From NCBI RefSeq assembly GCF_004010195.1, contig NC_057719.1:59065703-59129702 (forward strand): DNA of 64,000 bases. Direction: 5' to 3'. This document shows positions 60,500-64,000 of this stretch, piece after piece. Under the pieces are notes generated by a model that saw only the letters and a program-made list of their open reading frames with translations, made no database searches and was not told where the DNA came from. The DNA is from Chiloscyllium plagiosum. Lineage: Eukaryota. Positions within the stretch are counted from its first letter, which is position 1, and each line of letters starts with the position of its first letter. The position numbers and the translations under genes are program-made.

Positions 60500-62710
60500 C
60501 CCTCCATCGAACTGTGTGGCATTATCACAGTCCTAAATGGGACAGACTTTGAACAGATCTAGCAACCAAAGATTGGGCATCCATGTGACATTGTGGGCCA
60601 TCAACTGCAGCAGAATTGTACTCCAGCACAATCTGTAACCTCATGACCCGGCATATCCCCTCATTCAACTATTACCATCAAATAAGGGGATCAACCGTGA
60701 TTCAATGGAAAATACAGGAGAGCATGCCAAGTGCACCATAAGGCATACCTGAAAGTGAGGTGTCAACCTGGTAAAATTATCAAACAGGAACTACTTCCTT
60801 GCCAGACAACATATGCAGCAAATGATAGACAAAGCCACGCAATCCAACAAACAGATCAGATCTAAGCTCTGCGCTTCTGCTACATCTAGTCATGAATGGT
60901 GGTGAACAATTAAATAACTGAATGGATGAGGAGACCCCACAAATAACCCCGTCCTCAATGATGGAAGAGCCCAACACATCAGTACAAAAGATACATTTGG
61001 TGCTGAAGCATTTGTAGCTATCTTCAGCCAGAATTGTCGAGTGGCCTCCTCTAGTGGGATTCCAGCATCACAGGTACCAGTCTTCAGCCAATTTAATTCA
61101 CTCCACATGATATCAAAAAACAGTTGAGGCACTGGATACTGTGAAGACTATGGATCCTGACAATAGTTTGTGGATGATGTGCCAATCAAGTAGACTGCTT
61201 TATCCTGGATGGTGTCAAATTTCTTGAGTACTGTTAGAGCTGCATCTATCCTGGCAAGTGGGAAGTATTCCATCACACTCTTTGTTGACAGTGGACAGAT
61301 TTTGGGGAGTCAGAAGAATTGTTACCACAATATTCCTAGCCTCTGACCTGCTCTTGGTGCCATTATGTTTATGTAGTTGAGTTTCTGGTAAATGGTAACC
61401 CAAAGAATGTTGGTAGTGGGCATTCAGTGATGGTAACACCATTGAATGTCAAGAATGGTTAAATTGCCTCTTGCTGGAGATGGTCATTGCCTGGCATTTT
61501 TATGGTACTTGCCACTTATTAGCCCTAGTTGATGACTTGTGCTGTAGAAATTTCCACTCCCATAGCCAAGCCATTCCAGTACAGTTACAATACTGGTATC
61601 TACCCGACAATGTGGAAAATTGCCCTGGTATGTCCTGTATATGGAAAGCAGGACAAATCCAACTCGGCCAATAACAACCCCTTCAGTCTACTCTCGATCA
61701 TCAGTAAAGTGATGGAAGGTGTCATCAACAGGGCTATCAAGCAGCACCTGCTCAGCAATAACCTGCTCAGTGACACCCAGTTTGGGTTCCACCAGAGCCA
61801 TTCAGCTCCTGACCTCATTACAGCCTGGGTTCAAACATGGACAACAGGGCTGAATTCCAGAGAGAAGGTGAGAGTGACAGCACTTGACGTCAAAGCTGCA
61901 TGTGAGCGAGTAGCAAAACCTGAAGCATTGGATATTCAAGGGACAAACTCTCCACTGGTTGGAGTCATACCTGGCACATAGGAAGAAATTTTTAAAAATT
62001 TGATTTGATTTATTGTTGTACCTAAAATGATTGTGGTTGTTCTGGCCTAAGACATCTCTGCAGGAGTTCCTCAGGGTAATGTCTTAGGCCCAACCATCTT
62101 CAACTGCTTCATCAATGACCTTCCCTTATTCATAAGGTCAGAAGTGGGGATGTTTGCTGATGATTTCACAATGTTCAGCACCATTTGCATCTTCTGAGAT
62201 ATTGAAGCAGTTCACGTTCAAATGCAACAAGATATGGACAATATCCAAGCTGGGGCTAACAAGTGGCAGGCAATGACCATCTCCAATCAGAATCAATTTA
62301 ACCATAGTCTCTTAACATTCAATGGTATTACTATCTCTGAATGCCACACTACGAACATCCCTTGGGTTACCATTTATCAGAAACACAGCTACATAAACAC
62401 AGTGTCTCCAAGAGCAGGCCAGAGGCTAGGAGTATTGTGGTAATTCAACTTCTGTCTCCCCAAAACCTGTCCACTTTCAACAAAGAGTGTGATGGAATAC
62501 TTCCCACTTGCCTGGATAGATGCAGCACTAACAATACTCAAGAAACTTGACATCATCTAGGATAAAGCAGTCTATTTGATTGGCACCTCATGCACAAACA
62601 TCCACTCCATTCACCACCATTGCTCAGTAGCAGTAGTGTGTACTACCTACAAGATGCAATGCAGAAATACATCAAAAATCCTTAGACAGCACTTTTTCCA
62701 AACCCACGAC
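60500..62710 (+). mobile_element. CR1-group LINE ORF2, degenerate, with an internal inverted segment
   Basis: PTMWKIA.V.PV.GKQDKSN.AN...SLLSIISKVME, QFGF, ALDVKAA, GVPQGNVLGPTIFNCFINDLP and MFADD RT motifs. Confidence 0.88.
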
Positions 62711-62819
62711 CTTCTCAAGGGCAACTATGGATGCACAATAAATGTTAGCAAGCAATGCCTACGTTCCATGAATGACTAGCAAAAAATAATTGTGGATATT
62801 TTTAGGAATTGCGTTGCTT

Positions 62820-63520
62820 AGGGGCTAAAAAGGAAATTAACACATGGAGGCAAGGATATGTTGAATTGATCTTACCCAGGCTTTGGTCACAGAGAAGGAA
62901 GTTCCGACTCTAAAATGCTTCAAAATTGATAAGGAGAATTAAAATTGATAAGATACCAGGATTGGATGAGTGGCAACCAAGAATATTAAAGCTGGTGACA
63001 ATGGAAATTGAGAGGCACTGGTCATAATCCTTCCTGATGGCTGGTCCAAACTGACTGAGGATTTGCAAGCATTGTACTCTTGTTCAAAAATGGTTGTAAG
63101 AATAAGAACTGCAATTGAAGACTTCCATTGTAATGAAACCTCTCGTAAAAATATTTCAGAACAGGATTAATGGTCACAATTTCAAAGTTTGCAGATGATA
63201 AAACTACGAAAAAGTCAGTCTAAAATTTCAAAATGACACTGACAGGTCAGTGGAGGATGTAGATAAATGGCAAATAAGGTTCAACGCAGAGAAAAGTGAA
63301 GTGATTGATTTTATTAGAAATAACGTGAAGAAACTATGAACTAATGGATACTATTCTAAGGATGTGCAGGAGCAGAAAGACCTGGGTTTATATGTCTATT
63401 AGCTGTTAAAGATGCAGGACAGTTGGAGAGTGCAGTTAATAGAACACGCAGTACCCCAGGCTCTGTTAATTGGGTCATTGAGTATATGTGAAGGAAGGTT
63501 ATGTCAAACGTCAGCTGGAA
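62820..63520 (+). mobile_element. Decayed CR1 fragment
   Basis: ISKFADD, DKWQIRFNAEK.EVI.F and EQKDLG remnants. Confidence 0.7.
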
Positions 63521-63599
63521 TATTGTGTGTAAGGGGAGGCAATGGCCTAGTGGGATTATGGCCAGACGATTAATCCACATGGGGGAAAGACAGTAACAA

Positions 63600-64000
63600 T
63601 GCAATTAGTCAAGATTTAGGATGCATAGGATGGGGAAGGAAACTGCAGGGGATGGATACACTTGAAATTTGGAGCTTATTGAAGAAACAGCAGGTCCTTG
63701 ATAAGTATATAAGGGAGGTAGTTGTCGAGAGAGGGAGCCATGGTTTATTAAAGAAGTTGAAGCTCTTGTCAAGACGAAGAAGAAGGCTTATATGAGGATG
63801 AGGCATAAAGGCTCAGGAGGCTTGGAGAGTTATAAATTAGCCAGAAAAGATCTAAAGAGAGGGCTAAGAAGAGCCAGGAGGGGACATGAGAATTTGTTGG
63901 CGAATAGGATCAAGGGAAACCCTAAGGCCTTCTATAGGATTATCAGGAATAAAAGAATGACGAGTAAGATTAGGGCCAATCATAGTGGAAAGTTGTGTGT
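63600..64000 (+). mobile_element. CR1 ORF2 fragment (endonuclease-RT linker); runs off the right edge
   Basis: EPW....VEALV.R..KAY...ARKDLKRGLRRARRGHE..LANRIKGNPKAFY...RNKR. Confidence 0.8.

Overview
Vertebrate genomic DNA, very probably a shark or other elasmobranch (inferred from HE1-like V-SINEs, Deu-domain SINEs and dense CR1 LINEs). It holds two intact host genes with uninterrupted coding sequences, arranged tail to tail: somatostatin receptor 1 (SSTR1, 35101-36207, +) and the group-14 C-type lectin CLEC14A (38546-39868, -), the same pair seen in mammals. Most of the rest is decayed, often nested transposable elements: an L1-type LINE, many CR1 fragments, Rex1/Babar and RTE fragments, a Harbinger Myb/SANT relic, older Gypsy relics, and two copies of a Gmr1-like Gypsy family with PR-IN-RT-RH domain order. 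A young solo LTR carries a tandem array of hairpin-forming units. The strongest non-obvious signal is a dispersed set of Penelope-like elements and short 50-200 bp derivatives with target-site duplications. Several carry minimal hammerhead ribozyme motifs, in at least three sequence families, or form long hairpins. Hammerheads in Penelope elements are known in general, so I cannot claim a wholly new system; the short ribozyme-bearing units are the best candidate. There are three N-gaps (12234-12904, 25329-25459, 56897-57413). Repeat boundaries and family names were assigned by eye without database searches.
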